Numbered from the stretch's first letter, positions 28,432 through 41,700 are shown. The stretch: 64,000 nt of DNA from the human T2T-CHM13v2.0 reference genome, Homo sapiens (GCF_009914755.1 NC_060927.1), one strand, 5' to 3'. Numbers and translations: made by a program. The notes: a model not told the origin generated them from the letters alone.

Positions 28432-29480
28432 TGTGATGTGGGAGAACATATTCCATTACTCTTGGACCTCTCAGTTAGCATAAGGTATAAATAGAGGTCC
28501 AAGGGTCAGAAATAGAATTTTGGAGAAAGCCTGTTATCAGATTTCTCCAGAGAAAGTTATTGCTGTGTTGTAAGTCCCCTTTCCTGCTTCTATGGAGGGA
28601 GGGCTGAGAGGTGTTATCTCTCTGCAATGGAAAGACACAGAGGACAGGGGCCTGACTCATTTCTTAAAAAGTTAAACTTTACTAGGCTCTAACCCATGCC
28701 AGAGAAATATATACAGAGACTGAAAGCCTGACCAGCTGCTTTGATAGCAGAAACAGATAGGAGAGTACCGCTGTATTGAGATAGGGCACAACCCCCAGAA
28801 GTTGTGAGAACCAAGGATGTATAGGGTTTTATCTGGATCAGATGTAGGCCAAGACAGATGGGGGTAGGGAGTCACTTCGGATAAGCTAAACTGGGGTACA
28901 GGGGTAAAGGAACCTCACCACAAAGAGACCGGCCACACACCACAGGGTACGCAGGGGCTGAGGAAGGAGCCACAAAGGAATTATCTGCAATAGAAATATC
29001 AGCTAAGGGAACTGCAGGTGAGAGAATCCAGCAAGGAATCTTTAAAGATTCCATGAAAACACTCATGAAAGGAAAAAAAGATGGCTTTTATATTGGCCTG
29101 GTCTACCTGAAAACCTCAACTTCAAACGTTGGCCATGGCCGAGGGTTTATGAAGCCACCCAGATAAACAAGAACTGTACTATTTTTACACCTCCTCTGCT
29201 CTACACATCACTTTGGTCCTGGTAGAGCTAACACAGCATCTAGGTAGTAAGAGACTCTAAGAGGAGCTAATGCTATACTTCCGTTTCCAACCACAGGCTT
29301 CTGCACTAAAGCAAACCTCACCTGGGAGAGGATTTAACTGTTGATTACACAAGCTTTTAAGTTTGGATTAACACCTTGGACTCCATTCTAATTACTGAAT
29401 TGGCACTATGTTTGTGATCTAAAGTGTCTGTAGAGCTGTGGAGATGTCATGGCTCCGCCAGAGGTTATGTCCAGGAACAC
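28432..29480 (+). mobile_element. Ancient Gypsy-like solo LTR (MamGypLTR/LTR85-type), tentative
   Basis: Starts tgtgatgtgggagaa and is GC-richer than its flanks. The 3' part ggactccattctaattactgaattggcactatgtttgtgatctaaagtg resembles recalled mammalian Gypsy LTR consensus. Confidence 0.45.
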
Positions 29481-30323
29481 ATGAAGATATGCCACACTGT
29501 AACAAAGTGTAAGGAGGACAGAGAGAGAGAAAAGGAAATCTTTTTTGCTTACATCATGAGCTTACATCGAACACAGTGGTTACAAATAGATGAGTTTTTT
29601 AGTTAGTAAAATGAATTCTCCCTACCTAAAGTAATTTTATGTAGAGTCAGACGAGGAAAACTCAATACGTGTTATCTCCAGCAGCCTGTGGCACAATCTG
29701 AATTGTTCGTGCTTTATGGGGAAAGAAGTGTGTGAAGAAAAAAATAGTAGTAGTAGCCCATGAAAATTCTCTCTTATGGGTTGTTTTCCTGAGAATGTGT
29801 CCAGCTGATTTTATTAAGGAGGGGGACTGACTGTCAAAGACAACAGAGGTGCCCCCTTAGTACTCGAAGAATTAGAAAATGTGTTCAGATAATAGCTTGA
29901 ACCCCTAGGTGTGCCAAGAGAAAGGGAGACAGCAGGCTCTTAAACAGTGTTGTTAAAATTCACATTTATTTAAAACACAGCAATTAGCTAACAAACCTTG
30001 GTGACAGACTGCTATGAATTTTGTGCTGACTCCGTACACATAAATTAAACCATTCCAAGTTCCCCACGTGCAGCTTTTGACATTTGTTTCGTACAAGTAT
30101 GCTGGCCGTGGGGAGGCATAAACTTTGCTTTTAATTCCTTTGGCAACAGCTGTGGATCATTTTGTTAAATTTCTTGTAAGAGATTCAAAAACACTTTTCT
30201 GAAGACAAAAAATGTTGTCTCCATTGCATGTTAAGCTCTAAAATGTATTCTATATGAGTAGTTTTCAAAATGGTTTTTAGATCTGACTGCAGACAGTTAA
30301 ATATTATGGAATTATGGTATATA

Positions 30324-30650
30324 TAGTTGTGTGCCACATAACGATGTTTTGGTCAACAATGTACTACATATAAGAAGATGGCCCCATAAGATTAGAATAC
30401 TATATTTTTACCGTACCTTTCTAGGTTTAGATACACAAATATCACTACGTTACAACTGCCTACAGTATTCAGTACCACACCATATGGGTTTGTAGCATAG
30501 GAACCAGAGTCTATACCATTCAGCCCAGGTGTGTAGTAGGCTCTCACATCTAGGTTTACCTACGTATACTCCATGATGTTTGTTCAGTGACAAAATTGCC
30601 TGAGGATGCATTTCTCACATGTATCCCAATCATTAAGTGACACGTGACTG
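30324..30650 (+). mobile_element. Tigger3a (MER7A)-like TcMar MITE
   Basis: Terminal inverted repeats tagttgtgtgccacataacgatg / cattaagtgacacgtgactg, flanked by TA on both sides. Internal acagtattcagtac and aggtgtgtagtaggct. Confidence 0.88.
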
Positions 30651-31189
30651 TAATTTTTTTTTTCCAATCAAGTGCTCCTCTAGTTGCTTTGGATAAACCC
30701 ATCAAAAAAGTAGATAAAAACCCCTAAGAACTACTCCCCCATACACACACACACACGCATCCTGCAGAAAGGGAGAGAGAAAGAAAAGATGTCAGATTTC
30801 AATAATTTCTAAAACGTAAGAAATCTCTCTAACAAAAAGGCATAATACCTCAAAATTAAGTATAAAATCAAAAATTTTACTTACAAGCCTTTTCCTTTTA
30901 ATTATGGTCATTAGCATAAACACTCTGATTCTCTGAGCTATTTAAGCATAGGATTTCTATTTTTCTACTCTGTACATTCCCTGCAAGACTAGCAAAATAG
31001 TAAGTATATAGTAGGTGGTCAGAAAATATAGGATTGAATCAAGCAATATGGCAGTAAAAATGGTCCATTGTAAAATGTTGAGTATGACATCATTTCGAGT
31101 AATCAAGTAAACATTAATTATTTCATAAACAATTATTTAGTATCAAGGCATTGATTGATAAAATGTTTTCTAACTACATTGGGCCTTAG

Positions 31190-31337
31190 CTTAGACCTTT
31201 CTTACTGAAAATATGGTCTTTGACTCAGCAGCATTAATCCCATCAATGTCCCATCCCAGAACTACAGAAGAATCAGAATCTATATTTTAACAAAATTCCC
31301 AGGTGGTTTATACATGCATTACAATTTGAGAAGTGCT
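31190..31337. mobile_element. MER5A-like MITE
   Basis: gaatcagaatctatattttaacaaaattcccaggtggtttatacatgcattacaatttgagaagtgct. Confidence 0.75.
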
Positions 31338-31346
31338 AATTTATAC

Positions 31347-31521
31347 CACTGGTTTTCAATCAAAACTACTCGTTAAAATCATCTGGTGTTGTTTTAAAAA
31401 AATAAAAAAAAAGAGGGAAAAAAAAAAAACTATTCCTGAGCCACACTCCAAACCAATTAAATACGCATATGAGTCCAGGGATGAAGTTTCTTTTTTAATG
31501 CTCCATGAAGTTCTCAGGTGC
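31347..31521. mobile_element. Second MER5-family MITE adjacent to the first
   Basis: cactggttttcaa...aatcatctgg...gtgcagccaagttgagaaacattg (terminal inverted ends). Confidence 0.7.
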
Positions 31522-32439
31522 AGCCAAGTTGAGAAACATTGATTTAAACAAAACAATGAAATATCATGCTGGCTATGCTGGAATTTTCTGAAATAAATGA
31601 AATTGAGTTTTGAAATTAAATCAGAGGAAATAAACTTCTAATACCATATATGAAAACTCCAGTAAGACATTACTTAATACCCTACAGATTTTAGGATCAA
31701 ATGGAAAGACACATTAGTCTAAATATGCCCTCTAAGGCTCATAAATGCAGTCCAACAAAATATCTTATTCTTATTCTTCTTTGACTCAAAATCATCTTAA
31801 ACAGTTAATATCAGTATGCAGAATAAAACTGAACTTTAAAGTTCTGCAAAATTAAAGCAAACTTTCCTTACTGAGCCTAAAGAGGATCTAATGTGTCATA
31901 TTTCATCTTTAAAGCCTGAAACACTGTTTTCCCCTAGGAAAAATCAAATGAATCAATCCTCCCATCAAGTAAACTAATATCTCATTATGACTTAGATTCT
32001 TGTTAAAAATTTGGCAGAGTATTCCGATTTGTTTTCATATATCACCATAACTATATAGCACATCCAGAAATCTCCAGAATGAATAAATATTCTCCAAGCA
32101 CACGATAACTAAATTGACCTAACATTTTGTGTTAATTCACACCATCAATAAAATGACTTTCAAAAAGGAAGACTTTTCCTAAAAGCTAAATAATACAATT
32201 GCCTGGGTATATCATATTTTTTTGACGATATTGATGAACAAAAATAAGAGATGATTTTTTTTCACATTTAATGTGGAATCCAAAAGCGTCTAAGCAAAAA
32301 AAGCTTGCATTCATAACAGATAAATCAGGAATGTAGAAAATATGAATTCTATTTTTAATTCTGGAGAAAAGGGTAAACAAAAATTCAAAGAGCGTAATTA
32401 AAATAATTTAAATGATTTATTTTCTTATTTAGTCCTCTA

Positions 32440-32530
32440 TTCAACCTAAGGAAGTAGCTATTATTACCCCCACTTTCCAGAAGAGGAAACTGATGTACAG
32501 AGAGGATAGAAACGTTGCCAAGGTCATACT
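32440..32530 (-). mobile_element. MIR fragment
   Basis: attattacccccactttccagaagaggaaactgatgtacagagagg...ttgccaaggtcata. Confidence 0.75.
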
Positions 32531-33114
32531 TTATACTTTATTGAGTAGAATCTTATGATGATTTGACTCTTAGAGTCTTTGCAGTCAGACAGACCTCCAT
32601 GAAAATCTCTAATATACTCCTGGTTATCAAGACTCTACTTCTCAACCAACAAGAGTGGAATTCCAGAAGTCTAGCCCTAGAAACTTACAGCAAATGTCTA
32701 GTGAACCTTAAAACGTCTCTGGGATCCACCGTCTGATGCCAAGTGCTTTGCCTCTGTCTCTCTAAATGTTCTGGTCTACATCAAGGCCATTCAGGTGTGT
32801 TAGAATTCACTAGGTATATTGAAGTATACAGGATATCATCAATGCTTTCTAAGGACATAATCAGGCTTGCATCATTTTCACTTTATAAGTAAGTCAAACT
32901 TCAGGGACTTTTTCATATTTTTTAATCAAAAAGGGAACCATTGAAGATAAAGGAGAAAACATAAAAAGCCCTTGCTGTGTAAAGATTGACAAACAAGGTA
33001 ACTTAAGTATGACATAACTTTGCTCACTTTAAGAGTTGGCCTGGAAACATTTCTTTGTTCAATAATAGAGTCAAGTCTTATCTCAGATGATTTTTTTAAC
33101 CTATTATTTTTCAG

Positions 33115-33284
33115 CAGATGCATCTGTGTAAGAGGTAGTAACATCCGATGTTATATTCCTCCGTGTTGGGAGTTCACTGGTCACTCAAACTGCAGAGACC
33201 ACAATTGCAGGCAGTGCTATTCAGATGGACTAAAAATCAAATGAAGACCCAGGAGTTGTGTGATGCGATGGCCTCATATAAAGG
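33115..33284 (+). ncRNA. Candidate non-coding exon (unverified)
   Basis: Branch-like tttaac, then a T-tract and NAGNAG acceptor (ttttcagcag), and donor agg|gtaggt. The sequence is non-repetitive and has stops in all three frames. Confidence 0.3.
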
Positions 33285-33338
33285 GTAGGTGGCTCTTTCT
33301 CCCTTAATTATTTCTCATGATAAGTATTGATAAAGCTT

Positions 33339-33695
33339 CAAGGGTCAGCAAAGTATGTCCTACAGGACAAATCCAGCCCACCTCCTGATTCTGTAGAGCC
33401 ATGAGCAAAGAACAGTTTTAACATTTTTAGATAGTTCAGAAATTAAAAAGAAGAATATTTGATGAAACCTGAAAACTGTGTAAAATTTAACTTTCAATAT
33501 CTATAAATGAGTTTTTTTTTTAACACAGCCATGCTCATTCATTTACTTATGGTATATGGCTGCTTTTAAGCTATACACCAGAGAGTCTGGTGTATACCAT
33601 GGCAGAGGTGAGTAATTGTGACAGAGATTGTGCAGTGTAAAAAGCCTACAATATTTACTATCTGGCTCTTTAAGCAAAGGTTTGCCAACCTCTCT
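33339..33695. mobile_element. MER58B-like hAT-Charlie MITE
   Basis: caagggtcagcaaa...aaatccagccc...aacacagccatgctcattcatttac...gcctacaatatttactatctggctctttaagcaaaggtttgccaacct. Confidence 0.85.
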
Positions 33696-33759
33696 CTGAC
33701 ACAATAATGAAAAAAAGAAATGTCTTTCAGCTTAGCAAATATGGCAGTGACTCTGTTAC

Positions 33760-33900
33760 TTGCTCTTTCTTTTGGCCAGAAAATAAACTGAATCTCTGCA
33801 AGCTTCCGTTTCCTTCTATGCATTGTGGGGATAAAGAACTGGCTCATAGGAAAGAATTCATTTAGCAGACTGTTTTGCACATAAAAAGCACTTAATAAAT
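33760..33900 (+). mobile_element. MIR fragment
   Basis: Diverged core gcttccgtttccttctatgcattgtggggata...gcacttaataaat. Confidence 0.55.
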
Positions 33901-33929
33901 TAATGTTTCCCTTAAGTTGGAAGCACTTA

Positions 33930-34245
33930 GCACCTTTTCTCCTCCTCTATCTGCTAAAATCGTACTGGTCCTTCGAAGGCAAAACAAAATACTGTATTTT
34001 CATACAATCTTCTCTGACTGCTCAGGTTAAATTAGTTGCTCCCTCTATGTTTCCACAGCATTCTGTTTACCAGTCTGTCATATTATGATCCTCAATCTAC
34101 CTTGTACTTTGGTTATGTCTAAGACCCTTCTTAAATGCAGATATTATTTCTTATGAATTTCATGACTTGCATAATGTTAAGCACAGATAGGGCCTTATAC
34201 ACAGGGGACATTCAATGTTTGCTGAACAAATGAAAAGCTGAATGA
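33930..34245 (+). mobile_element. L2 3' fragment
   Basis: Diverged L2 3' region ending ttcaatgtttgctgaacaaatgaa. Confidence 0.55.
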
Positions 34246-34666
34246 AGATGAAAATGAACAACCAACTGGGGGTATTTAAGTAGGTTTACTGCCCTCCCAA
34301 ATAATAGGCAACATGTTATCTAGGAGGTTCAGTCAAAGGAATGTCAGGGAAAGGCTTTCTCCAACCAGTATCAAATATTAGACTGTCTAATTTATATCTT
34401 GCTATATTTTACCTATGAAGATATATATTCCACTTGGCTTTAGGGTATAAATTAAAATATGTCATAGCAATAGCAACTGCCAGAGTCAAAAGAGGCATTT
34501 AGTGAGAAAATGGTAGCTCATAAAATGAATATGTTAATTAGGAACTTTTAATACTTTCCATTTTTTTCTGCTGCTCAATCAGTCTTACTCCATCCTGTAT
34601 TACTAACCCGAATGGCTTTATTAACCACGTTCTTTTCAAAAGTCAATTTGCTCTATCTTTAAACAC

Positions 34667-34692
<26 letters not shown>
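34667..34692. repeat. (CA)13 microsatellite
   Basis: Read directly from the sequence. Confidence 0.92.
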
Positions 34693-34697
<5 letters not shown>

Positions 34698-36283
34698 TAC
34701 CTCACACATGAACAAATACACTTTTAAAAAGCTAACAAAAGGAAAAGAAACTCAGGGAAAAAATCTATGAAGTGACTTATATCTCAAAAAGCTCTTATTA
34801 AAGTAAAAGCAATAAAAACCTGAATTATAGGAGAGAAATAAATCTCTTCTCATTGGTTATCTGCTTCAAGGAACTGATGCCTTGAGGAATCAGATGTTTC
34901 ATGCTAATTTAAATTTTTGGCACCTTCGATTACATGAAATCTAAAAGATTGCTTTCTAAATAATGACAACAGATTTCCTGACAATGCGAACAACAGATGT
35001 CACCAAGGTAAGCAATGGAGGTTTAATTGAGTCTTAGTCCTTGGAAAGGTGATTTCGTCTGAGAGGAAATCACAGGTTACATAGTTGATTAATGCAACTT
35101 AGATAACTATGCTTGATTGGCTGGCAGCACAGCATCTCCAGGAAGAACCCCAGTCTATCATCTCAATGCTCTGATTCATCTTTATGCCAAAATACAATGT
35201 GCAAGGTATAGCTGCAGCCCCCGTCTAAAATTCCCATGCATTACGCTTTTCAATGGCCACAGATTAAAGGTATTTAAATACATGTTAGTTATTTCCATTT
35301 CCAATGAGAGTTTAATAAAAGACTATATCTTCTCTTTTTAATGAGAATATTAACAACATTAGTAGGGGCCAAGAAGATTCTCCAAGTCTATGCAAGAGAT
35401 TATATTTATATATCTGTTTTTATATCTATCATCAATCTATCTGTCATCTATCTACCTAAATTACCATTCAGTCCTCTCTTTTCCCGTAACATATCAGTGG
35501 AGATGTTATAGTAGTAAATGTGGCATTGTGGACATTTATAAACATTTGATTAAAACCATGGATTTCCCTTCCTGAAAATATTCATATGCACATACATCAA
35601 TTTGCTGTATAATTTCCCTAAACTTATTCATGGACTCCCAATGTTAAAAATTTTATAGGACATTTTAAATTATAAAATATGATTTCTGTGCTATTCAAAA
35701 TCATAAAAACCCACTATAGATAATTTTGCATCAAAAATCACAAATTTCTAACAACGCACCTTTAATAAGTTTAACACAAATCATAGTTCTCCTTCCACAT
35801 CACATATTCTCTATTCTATAAGTTGCTTGACCTCCCACTTTGTAAGAATCCTTTCTGTTTCTATTTGAGTATTCTTGTTCTCCCAAGGGATGGATATCTC
35901 AGATTTAAAGATAAAGCTTTTATTTTAAAACATGAATACACAACCCAGCACAGTACTATGAAATCTCAGAAGTTCTTCCTAATGTTTAACGTAAATATTT
36001 CCTATGCCAGATGTAGCTATTTTCCTTGTCACTTTTGCATCATAGGCTAGAGGATTACAAACTGATTACCCAGACTGCACTTCTCTGCCCTACATACTAG
36101 CAAATTCTGCTGCTTCCAATTTTCCACGAAGAGCTCATCCTTCAAGCATCTACTCCATCTGGGGAGCTGTGGTGGCCTTTATCTAAAACTAGATTTAACA
36201 CCAGAACTCTAGATGTGGGTTTTCAAATGGAATAAGAGGTCATGTGGGATAGAGAGCTCTTTTCTTTCATACTATGTGATGGA

Positions 36284-36699
36284 TGATATCGTTTGGATAT
36301 CTGTCCCTGCCCAAATCTCATTTTGAAATGTAATCTCCAATGTTGGAGGTGGGGCCTGGTGGGAGATGTTTGAATCATGGGAGCAGATGCCTCATGAATG
36401 GCTTGGGTCATCCCCTTGATGATAAGTGAACTCTCTCTCTGAGTTTGCATGAGATCTGGCTGTGTAAAAGTGTGTGGCTTCTCCCCTGCATTGCTCCTGA
36501 TTTTGCCATGTGACATACCTGCTCCTCCTTTGCCTTGTCATGATTGTAAGCTTCCTGAGGCTTCCCTAGAAACCAAGGAGATGCCAGCACCATGCTTCCT
36601 GTAAAACCTGCAGAACTGTGAGCCGATCAAAACTATTGTCTTCATAAATTACCCAGTCTCAAGTATTTCTTTATAGCAATGCAAGAATAATCTAATACA
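36284..36699 (+). mobile_element. MST (MSTA/B-like) ERVL-MaLR solo LTR
   Basis: tgatatcgtttggatatctgtccctgcccaaatctca...gatgccagcaccatgcttcctgta...cccagtctcaagtatttctttatagcaatgcaagaataatctaataca, with TG..CA ends. Confidence 0.92.
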
Positions 36700-36759
36700 A
36701 TAGCCTACTTTAATAAAGTTTGAACTTTGTATGCAAATGTTACACATTACTAAAACATT

Positions 36760-37087
36760 TTTATTTTTATTTATTTATTTTTTGTTTTTTATTTTTTTGA
36801 GATGGAGTCTCTCACTCTGTCACCCAGGCTGGAGTGCAGCAGCATGAACCTGGCTCACAGCAGCCTCCGCCTCCTGGGTTCAAGTGATTCTCCTGCCTCA
36901 GCCTCCCTAGTAGCTGGGATTACAGGCGTGTGCCACCACGCCTGGCTAATTTTTGTATTTTTAGTAGAGAAAGTGTTTCACCATGTTGGCCAGGCTGGTC
37001 TCAAATTCCTGACCTCAAGTGATCCACCAGCCTTGTCCTGTCCTCTCAAAGTGCTGAGATTACAGGCATGAGCTAACATACTTGGCC
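36760..37087 (-). mobile_element. AluSx-like
   Basis: Full antisense Alu with a T-rich tail. Confidence 0.92.
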
Positions 37088-37279
37088 CTACTAAGACATT
37101 TTTAAATAGTGAAAGCCACCCACTAGAACATAAAAGAAAATTTAAAAAAATGCCTCTCTTCCAAATTTCAGCAGTCTTAACTAATTTTATTTCTCTATAT
37201 TCTCCTAGCTTTTTAACCTGCACTCAGTGTTACCAGATGTAATCAATGTAGATACAGCCATTTGTTGATCGTATACACA

Positions 37280-37490
37280 GTACTGGTTAAATGTGAACTC
37301 TGCAGACAGACTCTCTACATTTGAATCCCAAACCCAGGGGTTATCAGCCCTGCAATCTTGCTCAGTTCCTTCATGTGTAAATTAGGGACCATAATAGTAC
37401 TACCTAATAATATTACTGTTAGGCTTAATAAATGTAAAGTCCTTCAAAAGTGTTTGGCACATTAAAAGGACCTAATAAATGCTATATTTA
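37280..37490 (+). mobile_element. MIR
   Basis: tggttaaatgtgaactctg...ctcagttccttcatgtgtaaattaggg...tttggcacatt...aataaatgcta. Confidence 0.7.
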
Positions 37491-38654
37491 TTATGACTAG
37501 TTATTTAGTTCCTCTATATAACACTAGGTTGGAGCCAATTTTCTGCAGTTGCAGAGTCTACCCAATAACTCTTAATGGCCACACAATATTTCTTTACCTC
37601 TTGGCATGTAAACTCATTTAATAATTTCTATACCATTGGGTATTTAAATTGTTTCCATCTTTTACTATTATAGCTAATACTACAAAGAATATCTTCAGAC
37701 ATACAGCTCTTTTTTTTCTCCTTTGAAGTGATTTTATTAAGACAAATTTCTGAGTTTAATAAATGGCTGAAAAGCTGAACATTGTTAGTGAGCCCTGTGT
37801 TATAAAGAGAAACAAAACTGACATCCATTCAGGTTAGTGGCAAGGTGTTTCATTAAAGAACATGGAATATTTGTAATACTGTAGTATTACTGAAAAAGAG
37901 TAACTTTCATGGGCCACAATTTCAATTTTGTGTTCCACATCCTCCTGCATTCTGAGGTCAATGGAGTCAGGACCTAGCGGTTTTTCAGTAGAAATCTTTC
38001 ACATATAAAATTCAAGGCCTTTTTGCTCTGATGACCATAGAGCTATTTTTCACAGAAATAAAGCTTTTCCTGATGGTCTTGAAACAACTTCCCACAGCTC
38101 AATGAAAAGCAAAAGCATTTTTCTTTTCTCCAAGGAGCCTCAGGCTACATGTAATACAGCACTTAATTTCCTGCACCTTAGTTGGTAACTGTTAAATCAA
38201 TTCATGAGCAAAGAACTGAACTTTCTTGAAATTCTCCACTCATGCTATTCCACTATATCAACATTTCATAAAACCCCTCATTTCTCCCCTACTATTACTG
38301 GGCAAAGTGAACTAAGAAGAGAAAAAGAAAAGAAAAATAATTCAATCTAAGTTACTATGAACCACAGCAGATCTCATGAAGGGTACTGGGGAGAAATAAG
38401 ATGTTAAGTACATTGCAGGAGCTGACAAACTAATTCTGGATGAGCCAAGTCACAAAAAATTAAGAGAATTATTGTATCTTATACGTTATGTATCCTTCAC
38501 TATTTCAGCAAAGGTAAACTAAAATGACAAATATGTTTCCACACTTACATAACCCATATATTCCTCCAGATTGTAGAAGAAAAATGCTATGCTGAAATTT
38601 TTAAAAAGAAGGAAAAAAGGTAAGACAGATGAATGGATGGAGGGAAGAAAAGTG

Positions 38655-38706
38655 GGAAGGAAGGAAGGAAGGAAGGAAGGAAGGAAAGAAGGAAGGAAGG
38701 AAGGAA
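38655..38706. repeat. (GGAA)8 AGAA (GGAA)4 microsatellite
   Basis: Read directly from the sequence. Confidence 0.93.
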
Positions 38707-41700
38707 GATAAAAGAATCCACTAATTCAATGGGAAGAAAATAGGGAGATATAATGGGTGTTGGTGGATGTTAGAATTCCACCAAAAACACCTCAAATTCC
38801 ATTTAAATTGATTTGATATGTAGGTTTTTCTTGCCCTTCTGAGTTTCTCAGATAGTATATTGGCAGGCAGCCTCATTCCCTGCAGTAAGGATGGTTCTTA
38901 AAAAACTGGACCAAAATCAATCAATTAGACATTGCCAAAGATTTCTCTCCAAGTGTCATCTAAAAATCATTAACTGTGGCATGAAATATCATGGACATTG
39001 TATAAGACATCCATGCATCATTTTTGGTTACCAAGGAAGAATAAGCCTCATGTTTGAAACTACAGAGCCTCCTTCATGTCATGTATTTAGTAACATCCAG
39101 TACATCTGCTGGCTTTGTATGAATTCAGAGGTTCAAGCACTCTTCAAATTCTTTTCTCCTGTATTCTGTGTTATTCGCCCATTAAACTTTTTCTGAGTCG
39201 ACATAAGTATCTGCATTGTTGAATGCTGTACTGTCAACCAGAACTATTGTGAATCTGATTCTCAGCCCATTTGCTGGAAGTTACAGTAGCAAGGCTGAAA
39301 CATTACAATAGCAAGGCAAAGTCTGATTTGGCTCAGAATTCCTGATTTAAACTCCCATCAGCGTATCCCACCCATCTTTGAAATCCAACCTACAAAGCCT
39401 AACTTACCATTTCCCACCTACCTGCCTATCTCTAGCTTTCCCTATCACCTCTGCCTTCCTTCTTTCTACTAATGGTATCTTCCAACCTTTACTTAATTTA
39501 CTCCTAATTTTTCCTTTAGATATCAATTCAAATATTTCTGTTTGGGGGGAAGTCTTTCCCAACCCTCATCCCCAGATTAGATCAGTCCACTCTCATGTAT
39601 CACATCTGAATGTTTTATAAACAAACACAAAGGCAACTTAATGCAGGAGTCTGAAAGACATACAATATGTCCCAAGGAAGAGGTAGAGAAGCTGAGGACA
39701 CTAGTTTTGCAGCACTGTAAAAAGAAGTATCCCAAAGGATTCAGAATTTCCCAGGCTACAGACTGACTCCTTGGTTTACTGAGACGTCTTAAAACGGCTC
39801 TTCAAAGCTGATCTCCTAATTGTGATTCTTGCCTAGAATCTGATCTGGTCCTACTCATTTCTCTTATCCAGTTCTAGGGTTTTCTGGGAAGACAGGAGAG
39901 GGAAAAATATTGACTTTCCTCCAAGTGATATTAGGAATGACTAATAAAAATAATGGTGAGTCCTGGAAAATTCAGAGAGCTGCATTAAAAAATTAATGGC
40001 CCGAGTTCCTTGGAGTCATCTGAAAATTAAACAATCACCCAGAGACAAATCCAAATTTTTTTAAAAAAGCATTTCATAAAGACACAGTTTATTCTAGGAA
40101 TTTTCAGTAACTGTTATTGCTTTTTTGTGGTAGCTATGCTTCAAGTAAGGCTCATTTCGTTTCAAGCCTAACTTAGTTCCATTGCAGACAAGGAAAGGGG
40201 ACGGGGAGGTTATATTTTCATATTATCTGATTTTGTGAAATTGCTATGTAAAAATGTAATCCATTTCATGAAGATAAAAAACTACTTTAAAACATTTTTA
40301 AATAAAATAAAACGTAACCAGTGAAATATGGCTGCATGATTACGGGGCACAGTTGAACCTAATTACCAGCAAATTACAAACCACTCCACTAAATGAATAT
40401 AAATCCTCAACAATGGAGAAGGGGGCTCTATGACTATATGATATGCTTGGTACTCTTTTAAATGATACTTCCCTATTTGAGTAAAACAAAGAAGAAACTG
40501 CAAAGGGATGAGGCAGGATAACTGCGGCTCATTTGTCACAAGGCTCCAACTTGCTTGATTTTTCCCTGTGTGTCAGAGAATGTGCACATTGAAAGAGAGG
40601 GAGCTCTCCATCACCAAGAGAGCCCAAAAATAGCCCAACTGATCATAGCCATTGTAAAAATATTCATGGATGTAAGGAAAGATCCTTTCCCAGTCTGATG
40701 CTCCTTGACTTGTGATTTGCTAAATTTGAGAAGCCATCACTTACACAACCTGTTTTATAGACAAATCCTTCCAGTTTCAGAAGAAAAAATGTCATCTATC
40801 TCAACCTCCATCTCTTTTTCAAACTTCGATAGATGAGAAGAAAATGGTGAATAAATTTTTAGAATCAGTTTTGCAAGATTGGTTTCAAGGAAGGAAGAGA
40901 ACAGGTGAAGTGGATAGAGCCCCACTTCCCACATAACTAAGGGCAAGTTAGTTTTATCACTTTTGGGTAAAGTGTTCCCTATGAGGGGATTTACTCCTTT
41001 CATAAGAAAATCAATCTCTTCTTCCAACAAAAGCTACTGAACCACTTATGCTGTTACATAAATGTGTTAATGGGGAAATCCATTCAAACATCTGCACTAA
41101 GCACTCTGTATTTATACATATGAATGAGATTGAGAGACACTGCCATTCCTACTGTTTTAGCTTCCACTATAGTGGAAAAGGGAAAATATATACAATATAC
41201 TCTGATCCAAGGAGAAAGAAGAAAACTTCACAAAATACAAACTTGTTAAAAAATAAAGACAAAAAGACCAAGTTTCCCTGGGGCTGAAGCTGGGTTATGG
41301 GCACAGACAAACATAGGGCCTCTAAGAGAGTCCTGCATGATAGGCAATATTTAGAGTTCTTCCTCACCAGTAGCTCAGGATGCATTCAGATGTAAGCTCG
41401 AGGAGTCACGCAGCATCTCTTGGCATTATTGGTTGTTTGCACATCCATGTCTGTAGCTGGACTGCAAACCATTCTCAAGGTGGTAAATATTCTTCCCTGG
41501 GGCTTTGTGCATGGTACACCCTCAGTAAATATTAAATGAATGGATGTATATCTGACACTGGGCGTGTCAAGGCTTCGGAAAATTTACTTCCACTCCCATA
41601 AAACTTCTTCTTTAAAAAATGCTTGCAAAAATAATAGATAGGAGGATTCAATTTGTGTTTGCAACCTTGAGACAGCAAGCTGAGGAACTGGTTTGTCTGC

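Noticed and set aside
40755-41030. 91-aa minus-strand ORF
   Set aside because: It has a non-ATG start and no recognised similarity, and its length is within chance expectation.
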